A stretch of DNA of 64,000 nucleotides from a phage, in the NCBI GenBank assembly GCA_014687725.1, contig GCA_014687725.1_4094.1, one strand, 5' to 3'. Below are positions 19,949 to 29,402 of the stretch, piece by piece. Both the position numbers and the translations under genes were made by a program. Position 1 is the stretch's first letter, and each line of letters opens with the position of its first letter. The notes under the pieces are model-generated. The model was not told the origin of the DNA. It saw only the letters and a list, made by a program, of their open reading frames with translations, and made no database searches.

Positions 19949-20611
19949 ATGTTAGTTAATCTTAATTTCATCACTTCACCTGACTGGGCATTACGTGGAG
20001 TTTCTTTAAACTTCAAGGAAACTATGTTTGACTACATTGGTGAGTGTACATTGGTAAATGCAACTTTTGATCCAAATCATCCGTTTTGGGCTGAAATTCA
20101 TGATCCAAATGTAAACAACAATACATCTGTTATGACTATTGTCCAGACTAAACATGCAGGTATCCTTGCAGGTTATCGACCTGCACATGCAATTGAACAC
20201 TTCACTGATTACGATGTCGTGGATGAATACCCAATGATCCATGAAGATGGAAGTCTATACACATCTGAAGACTTCCGTGCTATCTTTAATAGTACTGATG
20301 ATATTCTACCAAGTGGACGTCCACGTCCTGAGTCTTATCTTATGCATCCATCTTATGGTGTAGCAGATACGCTTGAACAGATTATGAATAAGTACAAGAA
20401 CCTAATTGAAGGTCCAGAAGAAATTGTCCTGTGCTATCACCCAGTACTGAAGTCTGAACAACCAAAGGATGGTGGATGGCGTTGGCATAAGAATGGTGAG
20501 TATATCGGTACTAAACGAAGTAAAGAACGTTTTGAGTACTTGTATGATGAGCCAGATGTTGATGTGGTTTTGTGTTATAATTTTATTAAGGTGAAAAAGA
20601 AATGTATCTAG
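19949..20611 (+). CDS. hypothetical protein (220 aa)
   Basis: GAGG RBS before ATG 19949; track ORF begins at TTG 19931. Confidence 0.55.
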   Translation: MLVNLNFITSPDWALRGVSLNFKETMFDYIGECTLVNATFDPNHPFWAEIHDPNVNNNTSVMTIVQTKHAGILAGYRPAHAIEHFTDYDVVDEYPMIHEDGSLYTSEDFRAIFNSTDDILPSGRPRPESYLMHPSYGVADTLEQIMNKYKNLIEGPEEIVLCYHPVLKSEQPKDGGWRWHKNGEYIGTKRSKERFEYLYDEPDVDVVLCYNFIKVKKKCI

Positions 20612-20844
20612 TACTAAGTTTTGTTGTTGCACTATTGTTTATGTTCTATCCTACACTAGTGGCATTAGCCACTAGACGAACGATGGTAGATCTCACTACT
20701 GTATTCTTGCTAAACGTGGCATTAGTACTGGTTTCTATTATCATTCCAGTGAGCTTTACAGTTATTGATATTATTTCGGTATTACTCTTCGTGTTAAGTT
20801 ATCTTATGCTTATTGAAGAAACAAATGTTGACAAACGTTCGTAG
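20602..20844 (+). CDS. hypothetical membrane protein (80 aa)
   Basis: Two hydrophobic helices. Confidence 0.45.
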   Translation: MYLVLSFVVALLFMFYPTLVALATRRTMVDLTTVFLLNVALVLVSIIIPVSFTVIDIISVLLFVLSYLMLIEETNVDKRS

Positions 20845-20855
20845 TACTGTATAAT
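20828..20855 (+). promoter_or_regulatory. sigma70-type promoter TTGACA-N16-TATAAT with AGTACTG in spacer
   Basis: TTGACA 20828-20833, TATAAT 20850-20855. Confidence 0.6.
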
Positions 20856-20902
20856 GGTTCCTGTAGTCTGAAACTTAACACTTAAACTTGAGGTAAAAAA
20901 AT

Positions 20903-21229
20903 ATGCTATCAGTACTAATTTCAATTCCGTCTTTAATTCTGATTTGGCTTCTGGTTTACGAATGCTTCATTACTGATGATAATGATAAAAAAGAGTTCTC
21001 TGAGTTGTTTATGCTTGATTCACCGATTGTGCGTATTTTCTATGCAGTCGTTGTGGTTTCAGTAATTGTATGGGTTTTGAGTTTTATCTTCCCACTCGGT
21101 GCAGTAGTTAAAACTTTGGATTTAGTTGAGAACTTTGTTGCAATTATGTGGCTAATCAAAGCACTATTTGCAGGAAATGTTAAAATTTGGATTGATATTA
21201 TCAAATTCAAGTTCACGAATAAGATGTAA
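20903..21229 (+). CDS. hypothetical membrane protein (108 aa)
   Basis: Hydrophobic helices; downstream of promoter. Confidence 0.5.
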   Translation: MLSVLISIPSLILIWLLVYECFITDDNDKKEFSELFMLDSPIVRIFYAVVVVSVIVWVLSFIFPLGAVVKTLDLVENFVAIMWLIKALFAGNVKIWIDIIKFKFTNKM

Positions 21230-21307
21230 CAGTGAAAATATCTCTATAGTATTAAATACTTCTGTACATATATATAGTACAGAAGTATTTCTCGTTAGAG
21301 GTTTGTT

Positions 21308-21667
21308 ATGAAGAGTTATATAAAATTAATAGCACTTGTGTGTGCATTATTTTCATGTTTTAGTTATGGTGCAGCAGCAGAAACATATTGTCGTAGTACT
21401 AAGGGAACGTGGCATGTATTGACTAACGACCCTAGAAATGGTAAAAATATAGTTGTTGATGGTGTGATTTATCGTTTTAAAGTAGAAAGTATTATCGGTA
21501 ATAAAAAAATCTCGACTTATAGAGATGATTCTGGTACATTAGCAAACGTAATATTAATTGTAGACCCAAGAACTGGTAATGGTGATATCTATATAGTAAT
21601 TTACTTGGACTCATCGGTACGCCGTGACCTAGATATAGATAAATTGAACTTACACTGTGAAATATAG
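21308..21667 (+). CDS. hypothetical secreted protein (119 aa)
   Basis: Signal-peptide-like MKSYIKLIALVCALFSCFSYGAAAE. Confidence 0.55.
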   Translation: MKSYIKLIALVCALFSCFSYGAAAETYCRSTKGTWHVLTNDPRNGKNIVVDGVIYRFKVESIIGNKKISTYRDDSGTLANVILIVDPRTGNGDIYIVIYLDSSVRRDLDIDKLNLHCEI

Positions 21668-21677
21668 GACTTAAAAA

Positions 21678-22055
21678 ATGGTAAACACTATTTTACTTTT
21701 GTTGTTGAATATTCCAATTATTCTGTCTTTTTTAATTTCTATTTTTATGGCAGGATATTGTTTAGTTGCAGTAATTCATTTCATTTTAACAAACAAATAT
21801 GTCCTAATTTCTAAGCTTGATTCTATTTTTGCTTGCGATTCGATTGCTTATAACTTGTGGTTAATTTGTTCTTGCATTATGGGAGTAACTTTCCTTCTGT
21901 ATGTATTTGATGTCCTTGACCAAAAGTTCGTATACATCAGTACTGGATTGGCTCTTTATCCTGCTACGTGGTACTTGATTTACGTTGGTGATATATGGTA
22001 TAGTACTTATAAAGAATATCAGTACAAGAAATCACTTAACGTTGGAGGAAAATAA
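21678..22055 (+). CDS. hypothetical membrane protein (125 aa)
   Basis: Several hydrophobic helices. Confidence 0.5.
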   Translation: MVNTILLLLLNIPIILSFLISIFMAGYCLVAVIHFILTNKYVLISKLDSIFACDSIAYNLWLICSCIMGVTFLLYVFDVLDQKFVYISTGLALYPATWYLIYVGDIWYSTYKEYQYKKSLNVGGK

Positions 22056-22057
22056 TC

Positions 22058-22408
22058 ATGAAAATTATTTTATTTTTTGTATGTATGTTAATGTGTGGAT
22101 TGTCATATGCTGAACCATTGGAAGGTTTAGTTTGTACCGATGGTAATATTAAACATATCTATCAAGGTGATAGTGACGATCGAGATATTGTATATATTGA
22201 TGGACAATCATATACGTTTGTTAAAGAGCATACAGTAGGCGACATTAGCTTCACTGAGTTTTCTAACGACACAGACCCTAACTTCTTAGCGTTTATTGAA
22301 GTAGATGTATATGAAGATAGTAATGGTACACAATATGCTAAATTAGTTATGATGCGTCGTGGTGCTAAAGAAACTAGTTTTGGTGGCTTGTGTAAATATA
22401 AGGATTGA
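22058..22408 (+). CDS. hypothetical secreted protein (116 aa)
   Basis: Signal-peptide-like MKIILFFVCMLMCGLSYAEP; AGGAGG-like RBS. Confidence 0.55.
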   Translation: MKIILFFVCMLMCGLSYAEPLEGLVCTDGNIKHIYQGDSDDRDIVYIDGQSYTFVKEHTVGDISFTEFSNDTDPNFLAFIEVDVYEDSNGTQYAKLVMMRRGAKETSFGGLCKYKD

Positions 22409-22412
22409 TATT

Positions 22413-22604
22413 ATGTTGATTTATCAAGGTGATAATATTCGTGTTATGCAGCATCCCTACTTACAAATCTTTGATGTGCAGCAGTATATGGAAGGTGATG
22501 ACCCAAGAACCTATGGTCGTAAGTATGATTACTTCACTGTAAAGCAGTGTAACAATATTAACGAAGTACGACAATTAGTTCAAGAACTTCAAAACAAAGG
22601 TTGA
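22413..22604 (+). CDS. hypothetical protein (63 aa)
   Basis: AAGGA RBS before internal ATG; IYQGD motif shared with previous ORF. Confidence 0.4.
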   Translation: MLIYQGDNIRVMQHPYLQIFDVQQYMEGDDPRTYGRKYDYFTVKQCNNINEVRQLVQELQNKG

Positions 22605-22630
22605 CTTCGGTCAGCCTTTTTTGTTATAAT
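22599..22630 (+). terminator. terminator hairpin GGTTGAC-TTCG-GTCAGCC plus T-run; TTGACT in stem with TATAAT 18 nt downstream (terminator-promoter cassette)
   Basis: Hairpin 22599-22616, T-run 22617-22622, TATAAT 22625-22630; overlaps stop codon at 22602-22604. Confidence 0.7.
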
Positions 22631-22658
22631 TCTCTTAATAAATTAGAGGATTTTAATT

Positions 22659-23099
22659 ATGTATGTATATCGTTTTGAACTTAAATTTAGTTACATTGAA
22701 CCTAACTTAGATCCTGCACGAACTGTAGGTCCGTTTGCACGGTATTCAACCAGATACAGTACTAAAAATGGATTTGACCGTTTGCTCATGACTACACCTT
22801 CTCAATTCCAACCTGAACCAACTGAGGATGGGATCTATTCAATCAAAAGTGGATGGGTATTTGGCTGTCAAAGTTTGAAAGATTTGTTCAGATTCTTCAC
22901 TATGGACTTAGGTAAATTGCATCGTGCTGGGTTTGCTATATCTGTATATGAAGTTCCAGACCACCATGTAGACATTGGTCGTAATCAGGTTCAGTACTAT
23001 TGCGGTAGTGCTAAATTAGTTCGTATCATGTCAGTTAAGGAAGCAAAGGATGAGTTCCGACAAAGTAAAAGAGAAACACATGAGGTAATATATGGATAA
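22659..23099 (+). CDS. hypothetical protein (146 aa)
   Basis: ORF downstream of cassette. Confidence 0.55.
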   Translation: MYVYRFELKFSYIEPNLDPARTVGPFARYSTRYSTKNGFDRLLMTTPSQFQPEPTEDGIYSIKSGWVFGCQSLKDLFRFFTMDLGKLHRAGFAISVYEVPDHHVDIGRNQVQYYCGSAKLVRIMSVKEAKDEFRQSKRETHEVIYG

Positions 23100-23436
23100 A
23101 ACTCAAATAGAATTAAAGAAATTTGTTTCATTCTATCTTCCTGATGACCCACGTAATTCACAAAAAGATATTGAATATTATAATATCCTATCTAAACAGT
23201 TAATGAGAAAGTTTCAACAGTGTTTAACTATATTCAATACAGATGGAAGACGTAGATACCGAATCGTTTCAATGAATGATGAAAACGCAAATTTCTTTGA
23301 TTACGATGTGGTTTTTAGAGCATATAATGATGATCGTATAAAATTAAATTATGATCAAATTATACTTGACCTGAATGTTATATGTGTTATAATCACTCAC
23401 GTAGCCGAACTTAATGGTTTTAAAGAATGGTATTGA
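23092..23436 (+). CDS. hypothetical protein (114 aa)
   Basis: Overlapping start. Confidence 0.5.
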   Translation: MDKTQIELKKFVSFYLPDDPRNSQKDIEYYNILSKQLMRKFQQCLTIFNTDGRRRYRIVSMNDENANFFDYDVVFRAYNDDRIKLNYDQIILDLNVICVIITHVAELNGFKEWY

Positions 23437-23450
23437 ATAAAGGATAACAT

Positions 23451-23717
23451 ATGAAGCTTAAATTACAATATAATGGATTTACTTTACGTAATGATACTGA
23501 ATTTATTAATCGTTCTCCTGGTGCTGAACTGTTTTTACGAGAGATGAACATTCCTTTCATCATTACTACAGTGGGCGACCGTGAAGTTCTACAATACGCA
23601 GAGCATCCGATCATTGATGTTCCTTGGTACTCTGAGCATATGTACATGGATATGGCACGTCGCTACAACTGTAAGTTCGTAGTTGAAGGTGATAAAATTA
23701 CAGTCGAATTTAAATAA
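23451..23717 (+). CDS. hypothetical protein (88 aa)
   Basis: AAGGA RBS. Confidence 0.5.
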   Translation: MKLKLQYNGFTLRNDTEFINRSPGAELFLREMNIPFIITTVGDREVLQYAEHPIIDVPWYSEHMYMDMARRYNCKFVVEGDKITVEFK

Positions 23718-23728
23718 GGTAAATTAAA

Positions 23729-24022
23729 ATGATCAGTACTTCAGTTAATGAAAGCATCGTCGCTGACGTAGAAATGGTTAAAGAATGTGCAGATGAAACT
23801 CTTCGTGATATGTACATTAATGATTTAATTACTGAATACGGTAGTCGTGGTGTACACGAATTTATTCGTTTAAGTGGAGAGTTGATGAAAAATCGAATTC
23901 GTATGAAGCTTAACGTACATCCAAAAGCATGGGCATTTACATTAAAATACGCAGAAGATATTGTTAATTTACGTCGAACTGAAGCATATGAACGTTTACA
24001 CAATGGTATGTTAGATAAATGA
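23729..24022 (+). CDS. hypothetical protein (97 aa)
   Basis: ORF in cluster. Confidence 0.5.
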   Translation: MISTSVNESIVADVEMVKECADETLRDMYINDLITEYGSRGVHEFIRLSGELMKNRIRMKLNVHPKAWAFTLKYAEDIVNLRRTEAYERLHNGMLDK

Positions 24023-24031
24023 TTGTAAAAT

Positions 24032-24058
24032 AGGAATTCTTAAATGAATTCCTTTTTG
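24032..24058 (+). terminator. rho-independent terminator
   Basis: Hairpin AGGAATTC-TTAAAT-GAATTCCT followed by TTTTT. Confidence 0.65.
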
Positions 24059-24074
24059 TTTATAAGGTATTGTA

Positions 24075-24194
24075 ATGAAATATATAGTACTTGTACTGAT
24101 ATTATTCAGTACTGTTGTAAGTGCTAAACAAAAAGAATATGTTAAATGTATAAATTATGAAGAGAAATATGTTGAAACATATAAAAAAGTATAA
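24075..24194 (+). CDS. hypothetical small secreted peptide (39 aa)
   Basis: MKYIVLVLILFSTVVSA signal-like N-terminus; below 60-aa track cutoff. Confidence 0.35.
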   Translation: MKYIVLVLILFSTVVSAKQKEYVKCINYEEKYVETYKKV

Positions 24195-24302
24195 TTAAAA
24201 ACGTTTCGATTACTAACAGAGCAACAATCATTGTACTTAAAAATGGGTTAATTATGCTATATAAACCACACGTTAAATGTGAAATTATTAATTGAGGAAA
24301 TT

Positions 24303-24875
24303 ATGAATCGTAAAGGTCGTTTTAAAGTATCAAAAAAGAACAAAAGTTCTAGGTTTAAACCTATTGTTTTAACAGTTAAATCTAACAAAGAATTAACTGC
24401 ACTTAGTAAAAAGATAATTTCATCTAAGATTGAAGTATCATACGTAAATTCATTAAAATATATGAATGTCAAACCACTGGACCAACTCATTTCACTTATA
24501 TTTGAACGTAATGATTTTGAGATATCAGTAGATGATTATAGAGCCTATAATGCTGGTTTCATTAATGTTACTTGTAATAAAAAACTAACTGAGTTGGAAA
24601 ATTTGTCATGTATAATAAATCTAGATAAAGGTGTTGTGAAGTACCATTTTGTACATTTCACTAATATCAATAATGGAATGGGTGTACAATCCAGACCTAT
24701 AGTACCTACATGTGATGTTACTAAATTAGCAAAGCTCAATGATGAAGAATATTTTCAAGAAAGTATTGTGACTGAGCATTTAGATGATATAATAGCTACT
24801 TACAAAGAGTGCATATGGGTTTTGAATGCTATAAAGCCTAAATTGTGTTTAATGAATATTGTTCGTGATTTATGA
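24303..24875 (+). CDS. hypothetical protein (190 aa)
   Basis: GAGG RBS before ATG 24303; track ORF starts GTG 24279. Confidence 0.5.
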   Translation: MNRKGRFKVSKKNKSSRFKPIVLTVKSNKELTALSKKIISSKIEVSYVNSLKYMNVKPLDQLISLIFERNDFEISVDDYRAYNAGFINVTCNKKLTELENLSCIINLDKGVVKYHFVHFTNINNGMGVQSRPIVPTCDVTKLAKLNDEEYFQESIVTEHLDDIIATYKECIWVLNAIKPKLCLMNIVRDL

Positions 24876-24888
24876 ATGGGGAATCGTA

Positions 24889-25332
24889 ATGAGTTGGGTA
24901 AATGTTAATAGTATTGAACTTAACGAACAAGATATTTTTGCATTTGTAAATTTAACCAATAATACAGTACTAAAAGGGCGTTTGTTCAGTGCGAGTGATG
25001 GATATAAATGGATCTCTTTGATGGATGATAGTGGTGTGATTTATAATGTAATGCAATTACCCCAATGGGTATATAGTAACACTGCTGACGATGTTCTTGC
25101 CGCAGTTATGCGTGAGTTTGAAAAACTCCCAGGTGGTGATATCAAAAACAAAGTTTTTAATGCAGAACGTAAAAATTATACAGCACAGCAATTGGAATCC
25201 CTTGCCATTGCTGCTTATCAAGCTGCTATTAAGAAGCCAGAGTGCGTTATTCTTAAGTATGTACCAGACTTAAAACTTACGTTGGAAGACATGGATGCAT
25301 TCATTTTTACATCTGAACTTGATCAGTACTAA
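24889..25332 (+). CDS. hypothetical protein (147 aa)
   Basis: Internal ATG of track ORF 24859-25332. Confidence 0.5.
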   Translation: MSWVNVNSIELNEQDIFAFVNLTNNTVLKGRLFSASDGYKWISLMDDSGVIYNVMQLPQWVYSNTADDVLAAVMREFEKLPGGDIKNKVFNAERKNYTAQQLESLAIAAYQAAIKKPECVILKYVPDLKLTLEDMDAFIFTSELDQY

Positions 25333-25447
25333 TTTAACTTTGGGACAACCATTCTTATTATGATATAATGTTTTATGTCATTCGATATAAATGACAACGG
25401 AACTATAAATATTATAGTAAAATTTATCTCTTATAGGAGTTATAAAA

Positions 25448-25831
25448 ATGGTTGATAAATGGAATAAGAAAGATCCATCACATGATGTTGATATTTCTGG
25501 TCTAGACAATGCACATAAGCACAAGTATCTAGATTCACTAGGTCTTCTAAAACCAGACCAAAGTCTTGCACATGATCGTCCATCCCGTGAAAAAGCATTT
25601 AGCCTAGAATCACTAGGTCATGAGCTTAATCGTGTGTTTGAGGATCACCCAATCTATGTACGTGATATTATCGAGAAACTTAAAGTAACTCCTAAAGAGC
25701 ACTTTAAAGCAACAGTACACTCTGCATTCCGTGCATTGCATGATTCTCTCAAGAAAACTCACAATCTTCGTAAAATTCATGATGAAATCGTGAATGCAAT
25801 CGAAAGTGAAAAACATAAGTTCAAGAAGTAA
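25448..25831 (+). CDS. hypothetical protein (127 aa), shares Y-x-x-SLGLL motif with 26077 ORF
   Basis: HKYLDSLGLLKPDQ motif; AGGAG RBS. Confidence 0.55.
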   Translation: MVDKWNKKDPSHDVDISGLDNAHKHKYLDSLGLLKPDQSLAHDRPSREKAFSLESLGHELNRVFEDHPIYVRDIIEKLKVTPKEHFKATVHSAFRALHDSLKKTHNLRKIHDEIVNAIESEKHKFKK

Positions 25832-25838
25832 TAAAAAG

Positions 25839-25871
25839 GGGTTGACTAAGGTCAGCCCTTTGTTGTATCAT
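25839..25871 (+). terminator. terminator-promoter cassette variant (GGGTTGAC-TAAG-GTCAGCCC)
   Basis: Hairpin 25839-25858, T-rich tail, TATCAT 25866-25871. Confidence 0.6.
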
Positions 25872-25900
25872 AACTTCTCAATATAACTGAGGTATCATAT

Positions 25901-26014
25901 ATGCAAGGTTTGAAATTTGTAGTTGCTGCACTCATCGCCGCAGTACTGGTTGGTGGTGTATTCTATGTAGTGGATCAAAAAGTAAATCCACCTGCACAAG
26001 AACAATCTAAGTAA
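25901..26014 (+). CDS. hypothetical small membrane protein (37 aa)
   Basis: MQGLKFVVAALIAAVLVGGVFYVV hydrophobic; between two terminators; below track cutoff. Confidence 0.35.
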   Translation: MQGLKFVVAALIAAVLVGGVFYVVDQKVNPPAQEQSK

Positions 26015-26022
26015 CAAAATAA

Positions 26023-26053
26023 GGTTGACTTCGGTCAGCCTTTTCTTTATACT
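26023..26053 (+). terminator. terminator-promoter cassette (GGTTGAC-TTCG-GTCAGCC)
   Basis: Hairpin 26023-26040, T-run, TATACT 26048-26053. Confidence 0.65.
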
Positions 26054-26076
26054 ATAAATATAGACATAGAGAAAAA

Positions 26077-27630
26077 ATGAAATCTATGGAGAGAAATCAA
26101 ATGCCAAGTAATTTTACTGATAAAAATGGTGGTAACATGGCTGGTCACTCTGATAAATGGAGTGAACGCAACCGCCGTCCAAATAGTTATCAAGCAGGTC
26201 AAGGTTCACGTGGGTCACGTAATCAAGGAACTGGTCTAGCTGGTAAAGCAAACGCAGAAGCAGGTGAAGTTAAGAGTACTGAGAACATGACTGAGCTAGA
26301 AAAGCTACGTTATGTTAATTCATTGGGACTTCTTAATGCTACACAAAAACAACGCCTAGCTGATATGGAACGTGAAGAAAAAGAAAAGTCTTCTCCTGCG
26401 AAAGAAGAACCAAAACAAGAAGCACCAAAGGCGGTTAACCCTGTCAAAGAATTGTCTGATAAGTTAGGTAAGATTTTTGCTAATAAACCACAACTTATCC
26501 AAGGTATTGTGAAAGAATTGCAATCTGTACCTAAAGAAGAATTAAAAGTCAAAGCACAAGCTGTACTTGATGCAATGAGTGGAAATACCAGTACTGAACC
26601 AACTGAAGTATTCAGTACTATAATGCGTGCACTTGAAGGTAAACCACAGGGTGACGAGACTGCACAAGAGGAAGTAAGTCTTGAAAGCGTACTTAAAACA
26701 TTTGATAGTATTGGTAAAGAAGACCGTGCTAATGCTCAACAAGTTAAGAATGTACTAGCTAAGTTAGAAAACCGTCTGGAAGGTAAAGACGATAAGATTA
26801 AATTAGTATCTGATGCAGTTAACGATGCACTTAAATCTTACGTACAAGGTGAAAAGAGTCGTTTTGTAACTGCAATGGATGCTGCATTCAATACTATGAA
26901 AAAGTATGAAGCTGATCATGGTGAGAAGGTTACACGAGATGGTTATCTGATGCGTGATGATGAAGAAGGTGCAGTTGACCAGAAAGATGCTGAAACATCT
27001 CATGATGATTTACCTGATACTGTTGATATGGATGGTTACATTCATCGTCCAGAAATGGGAGAGTTTGGTTCTGACAAAGAAGGATTTGAACATGCAATGG
27101 CAGTGTACAAAGCTCTCGTGGACAATCCAGATTATGCCAACCGATTTGTAGATGAGTTTGATAGTGCATGGAACAACTACAAAGACAAAGGTTATGACTT
27201 CCCTGCTGAGGCAGCATTCTTTGAACTTGGTAAACTATTAGCTAAACATGGAATTGATGTAGGTTCTAAAGATGGTACTGATACTGATGGCATGGAAGCA
27301 GAATTGGCTAAAGATCGTGAAATGAACGACAACTCCATTCATGAACTCCAAAAGCTAATGATGTGGATATCCGATATTGGTAAAAAAGCTGGTGCTGATA
27401 ATAAGAGTATCAACAAAAACATTAGTTGGATTAAAAGTAATGTTGGTAAAAATGCTCGTAAACTACAAAAAGCATGGACTGATTTAGTAAATGGTGCTGA
27501 TGATGTTGACATTGAATCACCTGAAGCATACGAATATGCATTAACTACTCTTGATAATTCCTTTAAAGATTACGATAACGGTAACGTAACTCATTGGGAA
27601 AAGGACATCATGAGCAAATACGGTAAATGA
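26077..27630 (+). CDS. hypothetical protein (517 aa), hydrophilic, acidic/lysine-rich; paralogous N-region to 25448 ORF
   Basis: LRYVNSLGLLNATQKQ motif; long ORF flanked by terminators. Confidence 0.65.
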   Translation: MKSMERNQMPSNFTDKNGGNMAGHSDKWSERNRRPNSYQAGQGSRGSRNQGTGLAGKANAEAGEVKSTENMTELEKLRYVNSLGLLNATQKQRLADMEREEKEKSSPAKEEPKQEAPKAVNPVKELSDKLGKIFANKPQLIQGIVKELQSVPKEELKVKAQAVLDAMSGNTSTEPTEVFSTIMRALEGKPQGDETAQEEVSLESVLKTFDSIGKEDRANAQQVKNVLAKLENRLEGKDDKIKLVSDAVNDALKSYVQGEKSRFVTAMDAAFNTMKKYEADHGEKVTRDGYLMRDDEEGAVDQKDAETSHDDLPDTVDMDGYIHRPEMGEFGSDKEGFEHAMAVYKALVDNPDYANRFVDEFDSAWNNYKDKGYDFPAEAAFFELGKLLAKHGIDVGSKDGTDTDGMEAELAKDREMNDNSIHELQKLMMWISDIGKKAGADNKSINKNISWIKSNVGKNARKLQKAWTDLVNGADDVDIESPEAYEYALTTLDNSFKDYDNGNVTHWEKDIMSKYGK

Positions 27631-27640
27631 TAAAACTAAA

Positions 27641-27665
27641 GGTTGACTTCGGTCAGCCTTTTTTT
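27641..27665 (+). terminator. rho-independent terminator (GGTTGAC-TTCG-GTCAGCC plus T7)
   Basis: Hairpin 27641-27658, T-run 27659-27665. Confidence 0.75.
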
Positions 27666-27700
27666 GTAAATACAAAAGAGGAATTAAGAAGAGGATTGCA

Positions 27701-27952
27701 ATGAAAAAATATATTATATTTGGAATTGTATTATTTTCCAGTACTGCTTATGGTGCAGATTATCATTGCTCCGTAGCAAGGCAGGATTTCAGAAATGGGG
27801 AGTTCTATACTACCTCATACACAAAAGGAATAATACACGACACCGACAGAACTATTGGATTTAATGCGTTTGACAACAAAGATTCATATACTTCAGGTAT
27901 ACTATCTGAGCGTAAGACTGATGTTATGGGAATAGAAAAAGAGTTCCGGTGA
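27701..27952 (+). CDS. hypothetical secreted protein (83 aa)
   Basis: Signal-like MKKYIIFGIVLFSSTAYGA. Confidence 0.5.
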   Translation: MKKYIIFGIVLFSSTAYGADYHCSVARQDFRNGEFYTTSYTKGIIHDTDRTIGFNAFDNKDSYTSGILSERKTDVMGIEKEFR

Positions 27953-27962
27953 TTCAGTAGCA

Positions 27963-28262
27963 ATGTGCAATGACATTGAAAGTACTAAAACAATTTATTA
28001 TAATAATGAACGTAACTATCGTTTTCATAATTTAACCACAAATAAAAGTTTACTATTTTACAATTGTAAAGAAGTAATACTCCCATCAGACAATAGCTGT
28101 ACTCCAACTAATCAACCCCCAGCACAATGTAATACTCCCTCTGAACCTGATAAAAATAAAAAAGACAAAAAACCTTTAAAAGATAAAAAGAAAGATAAAA
28201 AACCTAATCCGTTTAAAAATAATAAACCAGCACAACCCGATATGACGTGTAAAATAAAATAA
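27963..28262 (+). CDS. hypothetical protein (99 aa), Cys-containing with Lys/Asp-rich tail
   Basis: ORF in cluster. Confidence 0.4.
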   Translation: MCNDIESTKTIYYNNERNYRFHNLTTNKSLLFYNCKEVILPSDNSCTPTNQPPAQCNTPSEPDKNKKDKKPLKDKKKDKKPNPFKNNKPAQPDMTCKIK

Positions 28263-28271
28263 GGATATATA

Positions 28272-28691
28272 ATGAAAAAGATTTTTTTAAGTATTATTTT
28301 AGTACTTTTTAGTTTTAATGTATATGCAGCAGATGCTAAACAGGTTGCAAATACAGTAAAAGATGTTATAGTAGATAATGCTCCTACATTAGAGGAAATT
28401 GGGGTAAAAACTTGTGATATAGTAATATATAATTTAGTTAATGATGAACGAGTTATGTTGAATACGTATGAACAAGTAGTCCCATTGGTTGAATCTGGTG
28501 ATGCTTTTAGCTTTACATATAAAGTTAAATTAACAGGAGGGGTTGAAGTTAATCTTGACATTGATACCGCTTCAGTACTAAAAGATAAACTAGGATATGT
28601 GTTCAATCGTATTCGTGAAGAAGGTCATCTTAAGTATGTTTATGAAAGTAAAATACTAAAACGTGCAATAGTTATAGAAAACTGTAAATGA
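28272..28691 (+). CDS. hypothetical secreted protein (139 aa)
   Basis: Signal-like MKKIFLSIILVLFSFNVYAAD. Confidence 0.55.
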   Translation: MKKIFLSIILVLFSFNVYAADAKQVANTVKDVIVDNAPTLEEIGVKTCDIVIYNLVNDERVMLNTYEQVVPLVESGDAFSFTYKVKLTGGVEVNLDIDTASVLKDKLGYVFNRIREEGHLKYVYESKILKRAIVIENCK

Positions 28692-28698
28692 TAATAAA

Positions 28699-28732
28699 AG
28701 GGTTGACTTCGGTCAGCCTTTTTTGTTATGAT
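28699..28732 (+). terminator. terminator-promoter cassette
   Basis: Hairpin 28701-28718, T-run 28719-28724, TATGAT 28727-28732. Confidence 0.65.
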
Positions 28733-28760
28733 GTTGGTATTAACTACAGAGGATAAAGTA

Positions 28761-29402
28761 ATGACTAAGCAAGAAATATTCAAAACTTTAATTGACATTT
28801 TGCGTCCATCAAAAACTCGTTGTGCGATGGAGTTTGATATTCCTTATGCTGAACGCGTAATCTTTCCACAAGTTAAAGCTGCTGGACTTACTTTGCTTGG
28901 AATGGGGATGTACTCTGTAGTAGTTGAACATAAAAACTATCCTGGACGTGCATTTAAAGTAACCACTTCACGCTGGGATGGTTTTCGTGCTTATGCAAAG
29001 TACTGCATTGAAAACGCAGGAACCAAGTTTCTTCCAGTGATCTACAGTGCAAACGAACAAGGAAACTTTGGATGGTATGAGATGGACAAGTACTATCCTA
29101 TAATTAAACAAAAAAATAATTATGATGACTTTGTTAGTACTAAAATTGGAGATTTGTATTCGTATGCACATGCTGGTCAGTACGCAACTTCAGTGAATGA
29201 TATGCGTGGAAATTCTGAAGAGATTGCTATTGCAACGGTCGCTGCTAACATCATGAAAGAGTTTCACGGGCGTTTTGTACCAGACATTCATTCAAGTAAT
29301 GTGATGATGGATAAAGATGGGAATGTATTCATTACTGATCCTCTTTCGTGTGATGTGCGTAGAGAAATACCAATTACTGAAGAAGATCCAGTTTTTTATT
29401 GA
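28761..29402 (+). CDS. protein-kinase-like fold protein (213 aa), putative
   Basis: Gly-rich LLGMGMYSVV, Lys in RAFKV, catalytic-loop-like DIHSSNVMMD, then ITDP; AGGA RBS. Confidence 0.5.
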   Translation: MTKQEIFKTLIDILRPSKTRCAMEFDIPYAERVIFPQVKAAGLTLLGMGMYSVVVEHKNYPGRAFKVTTSRWDGFRAYAKYCIENAGTKFLPVIYSANEQGNFGWYEMDKYYPIIKQKNNYDDFVSTKIGDLYSYAHAGQYATSVNDMRGNSEEIAIATVAANIMKEFHGRFVPDIHSSNVMMDKDGNVFITDPLSCDVRREIPITEEDPVFY

